Virus record (IMG/VR): IMGVR_UViG_3300028920_000001
Location: 1-64,000 of that record
Length of the DNA stretch: 64,000 nt
Strand: one strand, 5' to 3'
Shown here in pieces: positions 48,370 to 58,194 of this stretch (within the stretch, counting starts at the first letter, position 1; every line of letters starts with the position of its first letter). Made by a program: the position numbers and the translations under genes. The notes under the pieces are model-generated. The model saw only the letters and a program-made list of their open reading frames with translations, ran no database searches and was not told the origin of the DNA.

Positions 48370-49049
48370 AGTGTATCACTCCTGTTATTTTTCAGTTCTT
48401 CGGGAAAACAAGTATTTTTTATTCCATCAGCTTCTGAATACAGCGTGAAATAAAACATAGGGGCATCGAATTTTTGTATTTCAACACTCTCTTTTTCCAT
48501 CATTTTAAGATCATCCAAAAATCGATTATAAAAAGGAATAATTTCATAATTATTATGCATCGCTTCTCGTCGCATGAATTGAAATAAACTCAGAAAATCA
48601 GCGGCCTTAACAATGGTTTCTATATATTGACGTCGATCTGATGCTTCTTTTCCACTCTTATCACCGCACATCCAAGCTAAGTCGAATTGTACTAGTTTGC
48701 GGATACGCGATGGTAACTTATTAGCTAGTACATGTTCTGCTTTATTTATCTCTTCTCTCAAATGATTACTCGTATATTTAAAAACACGAACTACATCTCC
48801 TGTCACACATTCTGGTAAATCATGCATTAAAGCATGAAATACAATGGGACCCATTAACTGAATATTATTAGGATTAGTGGCTTGATGAATCATTGCTGCA
48901 TATAATGCAACCCAATAACTATGATCCGCGGTATTTTCGGGTATTGAAATAGGGATACTACTATATCGCCAGACTGAACTTAAACGACGAATATCCCCGC
49001 TCGCCTGTTTAATCAGTTCCGCCCAGGGCGGTGGAGTCTGTATGGCCAT
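48366..49049 (-). CDS. HD-domain 5'-deoxynucleotidase (YfbR-like)
   Basis: R.....EN.ADHSY, ALMHDLPE..TGD and VKAAD motifs; probable start at MAIQTP. Confidence 0.85.
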   Translation of the reverse strand: MAIQTPPPWAELIKQASGDIRRLSSVWRYSSIPISIPENTADHSYWVALYAAMIHQATNPNNIQLMGPIVFHALMHDLPECVTGDVVRVFKYTSNHLREEINKAEHVLANKLPSRIRKLVQFDLAWMCGDKSGKEASDRRQYIETIVKAADFLSLFQFMRREAMHNNYEIIPFYNRFLDDLKMMEKESVEIQKFDAPMFYFTLYSEADGIKNTCFPEELKNNRSDTL

Positions 49050-49266
49050 TGTTTAAAAGTACATCTAGGCCATTATCGTGACAGCACTGAGCAGCAATAT
49101 CACTAGCTCGATGAATCGAAAAAGAAACCTTACGCTGATTAAATTCGTCGAGTAAGGTATGGAATTCATTATCAGTCAAAAATACATGTTCGATTCGAGG
49201 TCCCTCTGGATCTTCAAATTCGACTGTATACATTTGTTTCTTTGGAGTTCTGGAAAGATCTGACAT
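49009..49266 (-). CDS. Hypothetical protein
   Basis: 85-aa ORF in the same operon. Confidence 0.5.
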   Translation of the reverse strand: MSDLSRTPKKQMYTVEFEDPEGPRIEHVFLTDNEFHTLLDEFNQRKVSFSIHRASDIAAQCCHDNGLDVLLNNGHTDSTALGGTD

Positions 49267-49312
49267 ATCCCGTTATTCTACCGATGATGAACTGTGACTG
49301 AAATGTGAAAGT

Positions 49313-49651
49313 GTGAAATTCGAGCTTGTACATTCCGGTATGAGAAATGTTGTCGATTTGGACACTTCCAGCATTCCCAAAAATAAATCACCTTTAATTA
49401 AATCACAAGAAATCTCTTACATCGGAAGATGCTTAGGATGTAGCGAAATGGATGTTCTGATTGATGGAGCTTGTACAGGTTGCATTGATCTTTATGGAGA
49501 AAAATGCGGGGCTATGTTCCAAAAAATCAGACAAGATCCAAAGTTTGCTCGTCTTTGTTATGAAAAACTTCGGCACGAAGAATCTAAGAAGCAATTCATT
49601 GAATTTTTCGGATCGCAAATCCTCGATGTTGCTACAAGCGGAGTTATTTAG
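49313..49651 (+). CDS. Zn-finger hypothetical protein
   Basis: CLGC...CTGC. Confidence 0.55.
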   Translation: MKFELVHSGMRNVVDLDTSSIPKNKSPLIKSQEISYIGRCLGCSEMDVLIDGACTGCIDLYGEKCGAMFQKIRQDPKFARLCYEKLRHEESKKQFIEFFGSQILDVATSGVI

Positions 49652-50126
49652 TCCGCTTGTAGATATCTGCTAACGATTCATCTGGATTAATTCGTCTAGA
49701 TTCTAAACCTTGAACTAATGTATCGATATCTAGATTCATTAGATTAGCTGCAACCGTTAACGCATCTAGTCTTTCTACCGGATCTTTATATTTTTTCGAA
49801 TCTTTAATTAATTGTTCGGCTCGTTCTTTTTTCCAATTGTTTTCATTAGTAGGATGGAATTGGACTATTTTATTTTTTTCAACGGCTAACCATTTCCCAG
49901 TTTCCCATTCCTTGGGTTCACAAATTTCGAATTCTTCGTTAGTTAGTGGACCCTGAAATTTAACGAATTTTAATTTAGTTTCTGCTTCTTTTTCTATTTG
50001 AAGAAGACTGTTATTCTCATCTTGAATAATAAGAAGTTCTGGAATGTATGGCTTTACCTTTGGAGGAAGCCTATCTTTCATTCCATAAGCAACAATATGA
50101 TAAGTCATATCCGATGAGTAGGTCAT
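49644..50126 (-). CDS. Hypothetical protein
   Basis: 160-aa ORF; TGTAGATT 5 nt upstream. Confidence 0.6.
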   Translation of the reverse strand: MTYSSDMTYHIVAYGMKDRLPPKVKPYIPELLIIQDENNSLLQIEKEAETKLKFVKFQGPLTNEEFEICEPKEWETGKWLAVEKNKIVQFHPTNENNWKKERAEQLIKDSKKYKDPVERLDALTVAANLMNLDIDTLVQGLESRRINPDESLADIYKRTK

Positions 50127-50158
50127 GATCTAATCTACAATTTGGATATGACTTATCA
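50098..50158. repeat. 15-bp perfect inverted repeat TGATAAGTCATATCC / GGATATGACTTATCA
   Basis: Arms at 50098-50112 and 50144-50158 bracket the -10 box and start codon of 49644-50126. Confidence 0.8.
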
Positions 50159-50178
50159 GTATCTATTATGACAGCTTA

Positions 50179-50868
50179 TTAACTGGCTATTTTCTGTAGG
50201 CAGATTTTCACCAATTCTTCGATTGGCATGTCATCTACTGCTGGTCCTAAGTCCTCGAGAATTTTCTTAGCCTGAGGCTTCTTAAACCCGAGGTCAGTCA
50301 GAGCAGCCAGTGCTTTCTGGTAATTTTGCGAAGCTTCCGGATCGAAAAACGGTTTCGGCTTCGGGAAATCGATGATATGGAATTCTTCTTTAGGCTGAAA
50401 TTCCACCGGATGCATCGGTGCAGGCTGGGCCGATTTCTTAATATCCTTAACAGTAAGCTTCTTCGCTTCTGAGTCTAGAAGCTTCTTTGCTCGATTCCGA
50501 GTTTTATCATTCAAAGATTTTTCAAAGGCCGTGGCTGTAACTGGATCATTAATCAGGCATCCATGATTTACTACGTTGATCATAAAATCAACGTATTCAA
50601 TTTCTTCCATTTCTCGGCTACGAATCCCAATTAGGGAACAATCCATGAAAATCCCGAGGGCTCGATATCCTTCATTGACCTGATTGTGGAAAATTAGAAG
50701 GATCCGTTCGATTGTCTGGACTGCCCATTCATTAGGAGCTTCTACCAAAACTAATTTTTCGATTCCACCAAATGGACCGGGAATAGTCTTGGCGAAGAGG
50801 AAAGCTGCTTTGGCACATCCGAAAGAGGGGTGCTCGGGGCCGATTGCATTAGCTTTGAGTGTCTTCAT
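50179..50868 (-). CDS. Protein with a C-terminal RuvA domain III and an unrelated N-terminal domain
   Basis: KALAALTDLGFKKPQAKKIL.....IEELVK..L matches the RuvA C-terminal domain pattern; no OB or HhH domains recognisable. Confidence 0.65.
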   Translation of the reverse strand: MKTLKANAIGPEHPSFGCAKAAFLFAKTIPGPFGGIEKLVLVEAPNEWAVQTIERILLIFHNQVNEGYRALGIFMDCSLIGIRSREMEEIEYVDFMINVVNHGCLINDPVTATAFEKSLNDKTRNRAKKLLDSEAKKLTVKDIKKSAQPAPMHPVEFQPKEEFHIIDFPKPKPFFDPEASQNYQKALAALTDLGFKKPQAKKILEDLGPAVDDMPIEELVKICLQKIAS

Positions 50869-50905
50869 ATTTCGGGATACGGCCTGTACCCGAACACTTA
50901 CGTCG

Positions 50906-51193
50906 TCACTTGATTATTTCTAGAGATAGGTCTTCCAGCCGGACGCTGACATTCTTGAGAGTGTCATCTTCAGGTACGAACCAATATCCATTAACTAAAT
51001 CGGCCCCAAATTTACATAATCGAATTCCTCTTTTTAGAGATAATCCTAACCATCGTTTGGTTTTAAGATGAAATAAGGCATGGGTATCTTTAAAATCGGC
51101 CATCATCATTGGCTGTTCATTAAATATATCTTCTGCAGTTAATAATATTAGCCGTCCTTTAACCGGGACTATTCCCCAATCTATCGGCTTCAT
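50906..51193 (-). CDS. Hypothetical protein
   Basis: AGTAAAAT 5 nt upstream of the ATG. Confidence 0.55.
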   Translation of the reverse strand: MKPIDWGIVPVKGRLILLTAEDIFNEQPMMMADFKDTHALFHLKTKRWLGLSLKRGIRLCKFGADLVNGYWFVPEDDTLKNVSVRLEDLSLEIIK

Positions 51194-51212
51194 ATTTTAT
51201 TTTACTTTTTAT

Positions 51213-51224
51213 TTGTCCGGACAA
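51213..51224. promoter_or_regulatory. 12-bp palindrome TTGTCCGGACAA in a divergent intergenic region
   Basis: Perfect palindrome 4 nt before the ATG at 51229. Confidence 0.35.
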
Positions 51225-51228
51225 GTGG

Positions 51229-51777
51229 ATGTTAGAATACGACAAATTAATAAATGATCTCTCGAATGAATTTTCGGGTTTTGAAATAATCCCTAAAAAT
51301 CAAAGCATTTTGATGAAAATCATTAATGTTGTCTTGAAGATACTATCATTCGGATTGATGAAAACCTTCATGACTACTTTTGTTACCACAATTGGTAGCA
51401 AAGTATACGTTCCAGCATCTTGGGAAACTGAATGGGACGAAACTAGCAAGATTTCAGTTTTAAGACACGAACGAGTCCATATTCTTCAGAAGAAGAAATA
51501 CTCTTTCATATTATTTGCTATCCTTTATCTCTTTGTCCCGCTTCCAATAGGTTTGGCCTATTTCCGGAAGAAGTTTGAGCAAGAAGCTTACGAAGAGACT
51601 ATGAGAGCCACCGCTGAATTACGCGGTGCGATTTACTTGGATTTGCCTGAATACAAGGATTTCATTATTGGCCAATTTGTGAGTGCCAATTATCTGTGGA
51701 CTTGGTTATTTCGAAAGTCTATAGAATCTTGGTATGACCAAACCAGAGACAAGATTTTACTCGAGGTATCAAAATGA
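51229..51777 (+). CDS. HExxH zinc-metallopeptidase-like membrane-associated protein
   Basis: LRHERVH.LQ...FEQEAY motif with a hydrophobic segment between. Confidence 0.6.
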   Translation: MLEYDKLINDLSNEFSGFEIIPKNQSILMKIINVVLKILSFGLMKTFMTTFVTTIGSKVYVPASWETEWDETSKISVLRHERVHILQKKKYSFILFAILYLFVPLPIGLAYFRKKFEQEAYEETMRATAELRGAIYLDLPEYKDFIIGQFVSANYLWTWLFRKSIESWYDQTRDKILLEVSK

Positions 51778-52238
51778 TTGACGAAATCACCAAAGAAATT
51801 TCGCTGGCCGGTCTAGCGGTAATTGTGATTGCTTGTGTAGCTCTCACTAAAATCGTTCGCAAGATCGTTGAAACCTCAATTCCGGCTTGGAGGAAAAAGG
51901 CTGACGAAAATCATCCGGATAAGACTTATGCCACCAATATGAGTCGGTGGTGGAACCAAGTTATCCTGTACGTCATTCCAGTCACGATTGGACTTCTACT
52001 GGGATTTATTAAGTCCGAATTTATTTTTGGAAAAATTGATACCCTTAGCGGTAAGATGTTTTATGGTGCGTCTGTCGGCTGGATGTCCGGATTTCTGGTT
52101 AAAATATTCTTCCAGTTAATTAAAGAAAAGACCGGGGTAGACGTCTCTAAGGTTGCGGATATGGATCCCAACCCAATGGCCAGTGTTAGTAAAGATGTAG
52201 ATTCTACGTCTGATGATCAGGACAAGGAAGAGGCCTGA
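51774..52238 (+). CDS. Holin-like membrane protein (about three TM helices)
   Basis: Three hydrophobic segments and an acidic tail. Confidence 0.5.
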   Translation: MIDEITKEISLAGLAVIVIACVALTKIVRKIVETSIPAWRKKADENHPDKTYATNMSRWWNQVILYVIPVTIGLLLGFIKSEFIFGKIDTLSGKMFYGASVGWMSGFLVKIFFQLIKEKTGVDVSKVADMDPNPMASVSKDVDSTSDDQDKEEA

Positions 52239-53391
52239 TTGACGGCATTTTGCAGGTCGGACAAAGCGGAATCCGGTCCAACTCCTCTTGTACTTTATCA
52301 AGCTCGGATTGGATGGTATCTCTCTGGCTCGAGAGTGCCCTTTCCTCGTCCTTAAGTTGATTCAGGCGGCGTAAGTACCCCTTGCCATTGGAAAGCTTTT
52401 CCGTGCATTCTTCGGAACCCGGAATGGTTATTTCAACAGAAAGTAAATCTACCCTTTTTTGGGCTGATTGAAATTGATTGAGGATCCTTATACCCTTGGA
52501 TATTCTTTGGATATTTTCAAGGTCTTCGATTTTTGAAATTTGAACATCTTCAATCGGCTTTAATCGAATTATTCTCTTAGCTATATTTTGAAGTTTAATC
52601 CAAACCTTGAGCATATTTTGAAGTCTATCTATCTTATATTGTTTTATTGGAGACGGAATTTTAACCAGCTCAATTTGATTGAGTTTTTGAATTTGATTGG
52701 ATAATACCTCAATCTTGGACATAAATTCTTCGATGGCTAAAATTCTCTCACTATATTCTTCAATAGATTCAAATTGACTATCTAGATCAGATTCGAGTTC
52801 GAGCAGATCATCTAATTTATCAAGTTTACCATCTTTGGCTTTTAACTTTTCAACATTTTTCTCATAGATTTTAGCTTCATCTAAGGCCCGTTTTCTATTC
52901 CTAACGTTGATTAAGATTCCGCTTTGTAATACCTTTAATCTACTAACTTCTGAAATAAAATCAGTAACAGCTGGGCCAGAACGGTCTACTAAAAAGAGAG
53001 GGAAAAATTGTCGGGCATGCCAGGGGTGAATTACATCTGATCCAATCTTAATAGCTTGAAATCCGATATCCTGGATAAAGTCAGTCTGTCCAGCACCAAC
53101 TTTGTCGAGTGGTTTTTCTTTGCCTGGGAGCCAATACCGGTTGACCCCTCTTTCTGCTTTTTCCCATTTTAAACCCCAATCAGATGACTGAAGTTCAACT
53201 GTAGTATATTTTTCCCCTTGACGAACTAGGCTTACAACCGGAATATTTAAAAGAGCCCCGGAGATTGCTCGAATAATGGCACTTTTTCCAATATTAGTTT
53301 TACCGGTTATGCAAGTAAATCCAGATATCTCAAATTGGAGATCCGCAATGCTCTGGAAGTTCTGAATATGAACCTTAATTGAATCAGTCAT
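52204..53391 (-). CDS. sbcC: SbcC/Rad50-like ATPase, N-terminal half ending at the zinc hook
   Basis: IQNFQS, ITGKTNIGKS (Walker A), Q-loop, coiled coil and terminal CPTC. Confidence 0.75.
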   Translation of the reverse strand: MTDSIKVHIQNFQSIADLQFEISGFTCITGKTNIGKSAIIRAISGALLNIPVVSLVRQGEKYTTVELQSSDWGLKWEKAERGVNRYWLPGKEKPLDKVGAGQTDFIQDIGFQAIKIGSDVIHPWHARQFFPLFLVDRSGPAVTDFISEVSRLKVLQSGILINVRNRKRALDEAKIYEKNVEKLKAKDGKLDKLDDLLELESDLDSQFESIEEYSERILAIEEFMSKIEVLSNQIQKLNQIELVKIPSPIKQYKIDRLQNMLKVWIKLQNIAKRIIRLKPIEDVQISKIEDLENIQRISKGIRILNQFQSAQKRVDLLSVEITIPGSEECTEKLSNGKGYLRRLNQLKDEERALSSQRDTIQSELDKVQEELDRIPLCPTCKMPSIRPLPCPDHQT

Positions 53392-54689
53392 GAACCTAAT
53401 TGCTCTACGTCTATAGCATTTGAATCAACTAAATCTCCATAATCTTGGATTTCTGGTTCTCCTGGATCATCATATTCTGAATCATCGTTGTTATCTGAAT
53501 CATCATGTTCATGACTGGTCACAGCATCTTCGGCTAAAGCTGCTAATTCTTCATCGTCCAGCATTCGATAGCCTTCGATAATCTTGTTACGAGCGAGTTC
53601 AATGACTTCATTTAGGTATTCAGGTTGTTTGCTCATCTCTAATCTGAATTTTTCAGACCCAATAGCCTCAATTACATGTGAATCTTTAGGTGATTTGAAA
53701 GCAAAAACCTCCCGTTTTTGCTTATTCCTAATTTTATTAATAATGTTGTAACGCTCGGCCACGGTTAACATAGTTCGAAGTTCATCGACACCAGTCCCAT
53801 AACGAATGGTGATTAGACCGGAATGCCCTTGCTTGGCATCGATCTTGTTTTTAACCATCTTAACTTCGACATCAGTCGAAATGTAGACATCCTCTTTTTC
53901 GTTGATAAGCGGATTCCAGATTTTGGCCTTAACTGACATTTTCGGCTTAAGTAAAACTCGAGTGGAAGCAAAAAATTTGAGAGTGTTACCTCCGGTAGTA
54001 CTTTTAATGGTTTCTTCTAAATGGCCGAAGGCGCCAATTTTATCACGTTGTTGATTGAGAAATAAAACAACAGTTCCGGTTTCGGCAATGATTCGCTGTA
54101 GTTTTGGAAGAAAAGTAGACATTAACCGAGGGACTTCGGCCACTCCTTGCTTTTGCTTTGCATCTGAGACATCACGTTTCATTTCGCGGCCGGATACTAA
54201 AGCTGCGACTGAATCGATAACTACAATATCTATGCCTTGAAGCGCTGCGTTAACAGTTAGAGCTTCAGTCTCTTCAAAAGTTCGAGGTTGAGCTCGTAAA
54301 GCAGCTCCGGAACCACCTAAATCCGGGCTCCTAAAGTCGGCTCCTAATTTGACTGCATAATGATCTTTGACTGCACATTCGAGATCAATATATAAACCAC
54401 AACCACCAGCCTCTACTGCGTGACCTAATGCGGTTAAGGCTAGAGTCGACTTACCGGAACTTTCACGACCGAAGATTTCATTAATTGAGCCCTTAGCCCA
54501 ACCCGGACATAGGAATTTTCCATTCTTTAGTCGACTACCACCGATTAGCATATTGAGGACGGTGCTGCCGGTATTGATACATTGAATTTCTTGATTAGCT
54601 TCTACGAATACATCCCTTACTTTAGTTCTTTTCTCGACTGAAGCCCGATACTTAGCCAGTTTTGGATGCCATGTTGGTTTAGTCGCCAT
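53388..54689 (-). CDS. recA: Recombinase RecA
   Basis: EIFGRESSGKST, YIDLECA, VVIDSVAAL, LNQ.R.KIG, TTGGNTLKF and VKNKI motifs; start reassigned to MATKPT. Confidence 0.95.
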   Translation of the reverse strand: MATKPTWHPKLAKYRASVEKRTKVRDVFVEANQEIQCINTGSTVLNMLIGGSRLKNGKFLCPGWAKGSINEIFGRESSGKSTLALTALGHAVEAGGCGLYIDLECAVKDHYAVKLGADFRSPDLGGSGAALRAQPRTFEETEALTVNAALQGIDIVVIDSVAALVSGREMKRDVSDAKQKQGVAEVPRLMSTFLPKLQRIIAETGTVVLFLNQQRDKIGAFGHLEETIKSTTGGNTLKFFASTRVLLKPKMSVKAKIWNPLINEKEDVYISTDVEVKMVKNKIDAKQGHSGLITIRYGTGVDELRTMLTVAERYNIINKIRNKQKREVFAFKSPKDSHVIEAIGSEKFRLEMSKQPEYLNEVIELARNKIIEGYRMLDDEELAALAEDAVTSHEHDDSDNNDDSEYDDPGEPEIQDYGDLVDSNAIDVEQLGS

Positions 54690-54717
54690 AATTATCTCTA
54701 AAGTACAATGGTTCCTA

Positions 54718-55443
54718 TTATTTTTGCATAATACTTTCGACAATCTCGGTATTTTCTAGCCATTGCGCAATATCAGGATGAATTTGATCTTTGTTAGGTA
54801 ACTTAATATTGCCCTTAGGAATTTTGCTAAATTGGAAAAATCGATTATTTTCCCTAAATATCATGGCAGTTTTCTTAGTAATTTTTGCACCTAATAAGGA
54901 TTGAACTTTTCGCCTTCGTTTTAGGAATACTTGTTTTTCATTGTCGGTAAGATCATCAGGTTGAATAAATCCATTCCTGAGTTCCATGAATCTAGCAGTA
55001 AATTTAGCCACACAGTAGGCGTCTGCTTCATCAGATTGCATGGGATCAGGATTCATTTGATCTAATTGCACAAACCGTTGAATATCTTGTTTATCAGCGG
55101 ATCCTTTACCAGTCAAGAATTTCACTGTGGCTGGATCAAACAAGACACAATCTTTGCGTTTTTCGAAAATAGCCTCGAGAGAAAACATCATTAGGCCAAA
55201 ATGGCGCTCAGAATATTCCCCACCACCATAGGCTGGACTTTCCAGTCCAACCAAATCTACTCTGTGCCGTCGAAGTAAATCAGCAACTAATGAACGAAAA
55301 TGAATATAACGAGCTACTGGGACTACCGATTTTAATGTTCCCTCATGTCCAGAAGCAATTAGTTTTCTCTTGCCTTTTAATGTAGAATCATAAATAGCCC
55401 ATCCATAGGATAACAAACTCGGATCTAAACCCAAAGCCTTCAT
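54718..55443 (-). CDS. ruvC: Holliday junction resolvase (RuvC family)
   Basis: LGLDPS...GWA, VGLE, P.TVK..TGKG.ADK and DEADA motifs; ends IVESIMQK*. Confidence 0.85.
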   Translation of the reverse strand: MKALGLDPSLLSYGWAIYDSTLKGKRKLIASGHEGTLKSVVPVARYIHFRSLVADLLRRHRVDLVGLESPAYGGGEYSERHFGLMMFSLEAIFEKRKDCVLFDPATVKFLTGKGSADKQDIQRFVQLDQMNPDPMQSDEADAYCVAKFTARFMELRNGFIQPDDLTDNEKQVFLKRRRKVQSLLGAKITKKTAMIFRENNRFFQFSKIPKGNIKLPNKDQIHPDIAQWLENTEIVESIMQK

Positions 55444-57231
55444 ATGATACTCCATTTAGAACCTGATGATGTATATAAATCATTCATTTATACCGGTGCT
55501 CCGATTAAAATAGGTGAATTTAGCGCTAAGAAATTACCATTTAAGTGTAAATGTGGGTCAATAAAATTAATAAGAATGAATACCATTACTACTGGGAAAA
55601 GTACAACTTGTGGGGAATGTAGTAAAATTAACTTAAATTACGGTACTAAATTCAACGATCTTATTTACATCGGGCCTTCAATTCGAATCCATCCTCAAAG
55701 TGAAAAAAAATTATTATTTAAATGTAAATGTGGTAAATCTAAGTATATTAGGTTCTTTACAGTAGAGAAAGGTAAAGCCAAGAAATGCGGGGACTGCAAT
55801 TTAACTGTTATTAAAAAGGGCGACAAAATAGGTAATTTTTGGTATGCTGGAAATGAAATTACTGAATATCTAGGAACAATTAAAAAATATCCATTTAAAT
55901 GCAAATGTGGGAAGATAGTGTTTCTTAGTCTAAGAAACACTAAGAAAAATCAAACATGTGGTAAGTGTAATGAAATATTATTGAAACACATGGAAAAATA
56001 TCAAACTTTTGTTTATTTAGGTAAAGATATTCATATCGGACCTTGGTCTAAAACAAAATTGCCATTTAAATGTAGATGTGGGGCATTAAAGTATATTTCC
56101 ATCTCATCTATTACATGTGGAGATACTGTATCATGTACTAATTGCTATCAAATAATTAGTACATGGTATAAAAATAATGTACCAACACTTAAAAAATTAA
56201 AATGTCCAATCTCCCCTAGTCAATTTCCGATAGGTGGCCCAATTCCATTAGAAACAATTAAATTTCGTTCTAAGAGTTATACCTTTCTTTGTCCTATTTG
56301 TGATAGTCAATATAATCCAACTTTAAATGAAATTGTAAGAGGAAAGCGATTAACATGTGGCTGCATATGCAATAAAATTTCAGTTCCTAATAGAGAAATA
56401 AAAAACTTTATAGATTCATTAAATTTGAATTCTGAATTGGAATTCAAATTAGACGGCAGATATTTTGACATTAAATCAGGTAACTTGTTGATTGAATTGA
56501 ATGGAATCCGTTGGCATTCCAAAATAAATTCAAGACAACGTGATACTGAAAAATATTCAATAGCTATGGACAATGACTACCAATTATTGTCCATATTTGA
56601 AGATGAATGGAAAAACAAAAAACAGATATTTAAAAACATTATACAACATAATCTTGTACGCAGTGAGTCCATACTCTTACGACCTCAAAAGTGTGAAATT
56701 TTAAAAGTTCAAAATAAAGAAATCAACGACTTTTACGAAAGAACTCATTATATTGGTAAATGTAAAGCTAAAGTTCACTATGCTGTTATTCATGATTCTA
56801 AAATTATAGCTGCCATGTCTTTTGGTAAGCCAACTCGGCCTACCAAAAGATACGATTGGGAAATAATACGAATAGCAACAGATCCAAATTACCATGTTCA
56901 TGGAATCTGGTCTAAACTCTTGAAATTGTTTATTAAAGAATATAAACCAAAGTCCATTGTGTCTTTTTCAGATAATCGTTTGTTTACTGGAAAAGTGTAT
57001 GAAAAATTGGGTTTCACTTATGATGGAGATGTGAAACCTGATTACTACTGGACGTTAGGAAATAAGAGATTCCATAAATCTAATCTCAGGAAAACTAAAG
57101 AAGAAAAATTAACTGGTTTAACTGAAACTCAGTTAAGAGAAGCCCAGGGATATAAGAAAATTTGGGATTTAGGGAAAAAGAGATGGGTCTATCAATTGAT
57201 AGACCCATCTAATTCCAAAGCCCGCACTTAG
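55444..57231 (+). mobile_element. Hef-like homing endonuclease: Zn-ribbon repeats + PD-(D/E)xK nuclease + GNAT/Mom-like domain
   Basis: Four F.CKCG...CG.C repeats; FDI...IELNGIRWHS...IFEDEW; FYERTHY.G, EIIR.A, SKL, IVSFSDNR..G.VY..LGF, PDY.W, IWDLG. Confidence 0.8.
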
Positions 57232-58115
57232 AGTAAATCGTCGTAGCCCTGCTGAAGTTTCGGTGCTTCAGCAGAAGCTTCGCCTGAACCTAACTGATTA
57301 GAACTGCCGCCACCACTGATGCGTTGTTGGAGTTGCTCTGCTGTGAGCTCGAACCCAAGCTCTTTTTCGACATGCTTCCAAGCTCGCAATCCTTCTTCCA
57401 AAATCCACTGGCGGATTTCCGGCTTGATGCCTTCTTTGCGTGCCCAAGCCGCAGTCATTCCATTTTCGAAATTCTGCTTTTGATATTTTGAATCACCATC
57501 CAAGGTGACCTTGATATCAATTACCTTGAAATCGTTTTTGCGTGCACTAGCATAAGTGCTCTCGAATTTCTTATATTTCTTGGCACTCATCCGATAGAGT
57601 TCGATGGTAGTATATTTCTTTTGATTCAGCAGTTCCAGATCTGCTTCACCATCCTCATCGATCGGGTATTTCAGAATGACACAGCCGACATGTTGCTGTG
57701 CATCATCTAATTTCTTAGTGCTGCAGCAAACGGCTCGATGAGTAATGGTCTTCCCATCTCGCTTGCTCAGGCAGCGAATGGTTCCAAATCCATCACCGAA
57801 GTGGGTGTAAGCTGCTGCGAATTTAGGGCTTTCGATGTTAAGCCGATCAACCTCAGTTAGATCCTTAACGTCTTTACCCATTCTTTCGGCTAACTTGACA
57901 TCAACCTTCTTAACAATATCTGCGATTTCTTCATCGGTAAGAGGGCTGCCTTTTTCCTTAGCCTTGTGCTTTAGGACTGCATCAACATGTTTCTTGAAAG
58001 AGATGACGGAAATTCGGCTAAGTTCGCCCGGCCGGCTTTGGGTGAATCGCTCATAACCACTAACCTGAACGACCTTGCCATCATCAAACCCGAACTCCAT
58101 TACGTCGCTAGACAT
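57228..58115 (-). CDS. Probable single-stranded DNA-binding protein
   Basis: GGAGG SD; H..C..CC Zn site; DI.VT...YQK OB-like segment; Gly-rich linker and acidic YDDLL tail; recombination-gene context. Confidence 0.55.
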   Translation of the reverse strand: MSSDVMEFGFDDGKVVQVSGYERFTQSRPGELSRISVISFKKHVDAVLKHKAKEKGSPLTDEEIADIVKKVDVKLAERMGKDVKDLTEVDRLNIESPKFAAAYTHFGDGFGTIRCLSKRDGKTITHRAVCCSTKKLDDAQQHVGCVILKYPIDEDGEADLELLNQKKYTTIELYRMSAKKYKKFESTYASARKNDFKVIDIKVTLDGDSKYQKQNFENGMTAAWARKEGIKPEIRQWILEEGLRAWKHVEKELGFELTAEQLQQRISGGGSSNQLGSGEASAEAPKLQQGYDDLL

Positions 58116-58194
58116 TGTTGCCTCCTTAGACCTTTAAACCCGTAAACGAGTGAACGGTTGTCTTTGAACAATACAACTATACATTTAAAAATTA

